Positions 60,289 through 64,000 of a stretch of 64,000 nt of DNA are shown here, in pieces (position 1 is the first letter of the stretch; every line of letters begins with the position of its first letter). Source of the stretch: Cyanobacteriota bacterium (lineage in GTDB: Bacteria; Cyanobacteriota; Cyanobacteriia; Cyanobacteriales; Nostocaceae); assembly GCA_046045965.1 (NCBI GenBank), contig JBJOKS010000010.1, forward strand, positions 90,856 to 154,855, given 5' to 3'. Made by a program: the position numbers and the translations under genes. The notes beneath the pieces are model-generated. The model did no database searches and was not told where the DNA came from. It worked only from the letters and a program-made list of their open reading frames with translations.

Positions 60289-62613
60289 TTACCCCTCACC
60301 AATAACATCAATTACAGCTTTTAACAATGTACTATCATGAAAACTGCTTTTAGTTAAATAATAATTTGCTCCTGCTTCTAACCCTTGAATCCGATCTTCT
60401 TCCCGGTCTTTATAAGAAACAATAATCACAGGTAAATTTTTCAATTTAGCATTAGTTCTAATTTGGGTGGTGAGTTCAAAACCATTCATTCGGGGCATAT
60501 CAATATCTGTCACCACTAAATCATAATCACCGCTACGAACTGCATTCCATCCATCCATACCATTAACAGCCACATCTACTTTATAACCATTATTTTCTAA
60601 CAATTTGCGCTCCATTTCTCGCACAGTAATCGAATCATCCACAACCAAAATCCGTTTATAGGTTTTGTTAACTGTTTGACTAGAAGACTGATTAACTTGA
60701 CTAAGTTGCCCACTAGAAAGAATTTTAGTAATAGAACGGACAATATCTTCAACATCAACAATTAACACAGGAGAACCATCATCCATCAAAGCTGCGGCGC
60801 TGATATTAGGAACTTTACCCAGTCGGGGATCTAAAGGACGAACGACTAAACTACATTCACCGAGAAAACGATCTACAACTAATCCATAATATTTAAGACG
60901 ATTACTGCCAGTAATGCGTGTTCCTCCATCACTGATGACAACAACAGATAGGTATTCTTTGTTGGCATTTTGTGATGGTAATTCTAAAACTTGATGAGCA
61001 GAAATTAAGCCGACTGGTTGATCGTTGAGCATGAAAAAGGGTTGATTTTCAGAGATAATAATTTCTTTAATTGGCAACTTTACAACTCGATCAATTCGTG
61101 CTAGTCCAAAAGCATAAGGTTCATGAGATATTTCTACTAATAAAGTTCGTAAAACTGATAAAGTTAGGGGCAGTTGTAAGTATAATGTTAACCCTTTTCC
61201 GGGTTGGGAAACCGCCCGCAGAATACCACCAACTTCTCGCACCGTGCTATGTACCACATCTAAACCCACACCTCTACCGGAAATTTCAGTCACAGTTTTG
61301 GCGGTGGAAAAACCTGGTAAAAATAAGAATTCCATTAACTCATTTTCGGTGAGTTGGGCGGCAATTTCTGGGGTGATATGGTTTTTATTAATTACCTCTT
61401 GACGCAAAACTTCCATATCAATTCCCCGTCCATCATCGGCAACAGTAATTAATAACATTCCGGCTCGATGTAGGACTTCAATCCGAATATTTCCCTCTTC
61501 GGGTTTACCCACTGCAAGACGTTCTTCGGGTGTTTCCATACCATGATCTATAGCATTTCGCAAGATATGAAATAATGGCGCTTCTAGTCTTTCTAAAATA
61601 TCCCGATCTACAAGGGTAGATTTGCCGATGATTTCTAGATTTACCTTTTTACCTAATTCTCTGGCTAAGTCGCGCACCATGCGAGGAAAACTTTGTCCTC
61701 TTTCCGCAAAGGGTGTGGCGTGGGTGGCGATGACTTGACGATAAAGACGATCTCCCAAATTAGAAAAACGCTGACAAAATAATTCCAGTTCGTTATGGCG
61801 ATCGCCCAATAACTGACGACATTCACCGGCTGTTTGTCGAGCATTGCTCATTTTCTCTTCTATTTGTCTGTTCTCATAACGCTGATCTTCTGTTTCATCA
61901 TTCCCCCATAACTCCTGCAATTGATCCAATAGGCTGGATAATTTGACTTGATTTGCTTTTAGCTTCAGCAACGAATCTGCAAATGTTTCTAACCATTTGG
62001 CTTCAACTAATGATTCTCCTGCTAAACCCATCAAACGATTAAGGTTGTCTGCACTTACTCGCACCACTCGTTGTTGTACGATGTCTGGAGGTTGGGGACT
62101 CTTTACTGGGGACTGGGTACTGGGTACTGTATAAGCAGCTGAGGGTATAGGTTCTTCTTTCTCCTCTACTTCCCCTGCTACCCCTGCTCCCTGCTCCTTA
62201 TTTCCTGGGGATGAAATGATATGAGCGATCGCATTCACTAAAACTTCTATACTGTGATCGTCAAATTGCGGTTCTGTGTTGCCAACACAAGACTCAGCCA
62301 TTTGTAATAGCATATCCACTGCTTGTAGCAAGACATCAATATCAGGAGGAGTTAAGGTAATGTTGCCTGACTGAGCAGCTACAAAACAATCTTCCATTTT
62401 ATGGGCAAGGGTGACAGCCGGATCAATTTGGACAATTCTTGCTGCTCCTTTAATTGAATGGGCTGCCCGCATTAAGGCTGCTAATTCTTCTGTGGGGTGA
62501 GGCTTGGTTTCCAGTGCTAACAGGGATTCATTCAACACTATACCTTGGGCTTTTACCTCCATGCTGAATAAGTCTAGTAAAGAAAGATGACTGAAATCTG
62601 ATTCTTGTCTCAT
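60289..62613 (-). CDS. cheA: Hybrid CheA kinase/receiver (WspE-like)
   Basis: HPt AAHSIKG, RNAIDHG, DDGRG, SGRGVGLDVV, CheW and REC domains. Confidence 0.93.
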   Translation of the reverse strand: MRQESDFSHLSLLDLFSMEVKAQGIVLNESLLALETKPHPTEELAALMRAAHSIKGAARIVQIDPAVTLAHKMEDCFVAAQSGNITLTPPDIDVLLQAVDMLLQMAESCVGNTEPQFDDHSIEVLVNAIAHIISSPGNKEQGAGVAGEVEEKEEPIPSAAYTVPSTQSPVKSPQPPDIVQQRVVRVSADNLNRLMGLAGESLVEAKWLETFADSLLKLKANQVKLSSLLDQLQELWGNDETEDQRYENRQIEEKMSNARQTAGECRQLLGDRHNELELFCQRFSNLGDRLYRQVIATHATPFAERGQSFPRMVRDLARELGKKVNLEIIGKSTLVDRDILERLEAPLFHILRNAIDHGMETPEERLAVGKPEEGNIRIEVLHRAGMLLITVADDGRGIDMEVLRQEVINKNHITPEIAAQLTENELMEFLFLPGFSTAKTVTEISGRGVGLDVVHSTVREVGGILRAVSQPGKGLTLYLQLPLTLSVLRTLLVEISHEPYAFGLARIDRVVKLPIKEIIISENQPFFMLNDQPVGLISAHQVLELPSQNANKEYLSVVVISDGGTRITGSNRLKYYGLVVDRFLGECSLVVRPLDPRLGKVPNISAAALMDDGSPVLIVDVEDIVRSITKILSSGQLSQVNQSSSQTVNKTYKRILVVDDSITVREMERKLLENNGYKVDVAVNGMDGWNAVRSGDYDLVVTDIDMPRMNGFELTTQIRTNAKLKNLPVIIVSYKDREEDRIQGLEAGANYYLTKSSFHDSTLLKAVIDVIGEG

Positions 62614-63320
62614 GACAGCAACTTTCTCCTTAAAGACATGAATAATAATTCATCATCAATGTAACTTAGGCTGCGTGATTGCCAATGAAAAAAGCCTTTG
62701 GTATAAGTGTTAATTGTTGATGTTGCACTGTTGGGAGCATCTCTTAATTCATTGTTATTAAATCTGGATAAACCATAGAATTCATCCACCGGAAATACCC
62801 AAGTGTTATCACCTTTTTCAATTACGATCATCCGCGAATAAACTATAGGACTTAAAGCTTCTGCTAGGGTTTGGGCAGTTTCCAAATGTAACAAGTTGCC
62901 CAAAGAAATACACAATTGTAATTCTCCTCGGATATTTACCAATCCTTTTAAGATTTCGTTGCTGCGATGGGGTAGAGTATGAATTCCAGTAGGTGATATG
63001 GTTTCTTTTAAAATTTGTGCGGGAAGTGCCAGCCATTCTCGTTGTAACCGGAAAATAGCTACTGTCAGGGTTTGTGTTGTGGTTAAGGTTTCAGATTCTG
63101 TTGGGAAATGTACTAGCTGATTTTTTTCCTCTACTTTTGTTTCTGAGAAAAACTGAGTCCATTCATGCTGATAGTTTTTAGGGATGGCACGATCTAGCAA
63201 ATTGCGTCCAGCAGCAGAGTAAACGGGACAATTACGACAATGAATCAAATTGGATAATTCTGGACAGGTGCGATCGCCAGCAATTCCCATTATATTCCAG
63301 CAACTTTCAATGGAATTCAT
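62610..63320 (-). CDS. cheW: CheW adaptor (WspD-like)
   Basis: N-terminal CWN.G..GDRTCPEL...HCRNCPVY motif and CheW domain (GLVNIRGEL). Confidence 0.88.
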   Translation of the reverse strand: MNSIESCWNIMGIAGDRTCPELSNLIHCRNCPVYSAAGRNLLDRAIPKNYQHEWTQFFSETKVEEKNQLVHFPTESETLTTTQTLTVAIFRLQREWLALPAQILKETISPTGIHTLPHRSNEILKGLVNIRGELQLCISLGNLLHLETAQTLAEALSPIVYSRMIVIEKGDNTWVFPVDEFYGLSRFNNNELRDAPNSATSTINTYTKGFFHWQSRSLSYIDDELLFMSLRRKLLS

Positions 63321-63322
63321 GA

Positions 63323-64000
63323 TTAATTGTCTCCCATGAATTTGTTACTATTACCAATGTACTGCTCTACAGTATCATTTACTTTAAATTTGCTCATCTC
63401 TTGACGTAAGCCTTGAGCAACTTGATTTAATTTGGTAATTGCTTGATTAATTTCCCGTAAAGAAGCCGCAGTTTGCACAGAATTACTACTTAATTGTGAC
63501 ATGGCATCACTAATTTGCATTGCTCCCTGAGACTGTGCTTCCATACCTTGACTGACTGTTTCATATCTTGGCGTTAATTCTTGTACTTGCTCAATAATTT
63601 GCCCAATTTGACTACTAATATTAGCTACATCTTCCACACTTTTTCCTACTTCTGCGGCAAATTTATCCATTTCCATTACTCCTGTAGAAACGGAAGATTG
63701 CATTTGTTTGACCATCTGTTCAATATCTATTGTTGCTACTGCTGTTTGATCTGCTAGTCTTCTAATTTCTCTCGCTACCACTGCAAAACCTAAACCATAT
63801 TCTCCAGCTTTCTCCGCTTCTATGGCTGCATTTAATGACAGTAAATTTGTTTGATCTGCTACTTTAGTAATTGTGACAACAATATTATTAATGTTATTGG
63901 CTTTTTCACTAATTACTCCTAATCTTCCAGCAATAGAATTAGTAGCTTCTACTAATTGACGCATGGTAGTTTCCATCTGCAATAAGTCTTTTTGACTATC
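63323..64000 (-). CDS. Methyl-accepting chemotaxis protein (WspA-like), 5' part outside the window
   Basis: [37 protein letters not shown] signalling hairpin. Confidence 0.93.
   Translation of the reverse strand, partial: DSQKDLLQMETTMRQLVEATNSIAGRLGVISEKANNINNIVVTITKVADQTNLLSLNAAIEAEKAGEYGLGFAVVAREIRRLADQTAVATIDIEQMVKQMQSSVSTGVMEMDKFAAEVGKSVEDVANISSQIGQIIEQVQELTPRYETVSQGMEAQSQGAMQISDAMSQLSSNSVQTAASLREINQAITKLNQVAQGLRQEMSKFKVNDTVEQYIGNSNKFMGDN

Overview
AT-rich chromosomal segment of a heterocyst-forming filamentous cyanobacterium (Nostocales), judged from apcD, petBD, ctpA, cpcS and patD, frequent HIP1 octamers (GCGATCGC) and many heptamer STRR tracts. Housekeeping genes include purL, purF, purM, putA, rel, pyrE, cobO, speY and a group-2 sigma factor. 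They are interspersed with three intact toxin-antitoxin pairs, an Rpn/DUF2887 nuclease, a small graveyard of internally deleted genes (44.2-45.8 kb), stress genes and the distal part of a Wsp-like chemosensory operon. Best candidate for an undescribed system: a translationally coupled two-gene operon (10.4-12.9 kb, minus strand). It encodes a lipoprotein with two tandem PruR/sulfite-oxidase-like domains lacking the Mo-ligating Cys, followed by a membrane HAMP class III adenylyl cyclase, and may couple pterin sensing to cAMP. Other leads are a two-gene cassette bracketed by identical 44-bp repeats, a candidate sRNA at about 873-944, an internal RpnS start, a shared palindromic operator at stress genes, and repeats recruited into protein sequence. 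No rRNA, tRNA or CRISPR array was seen. All family assignments come from motif recognition by eye, not from database searches.
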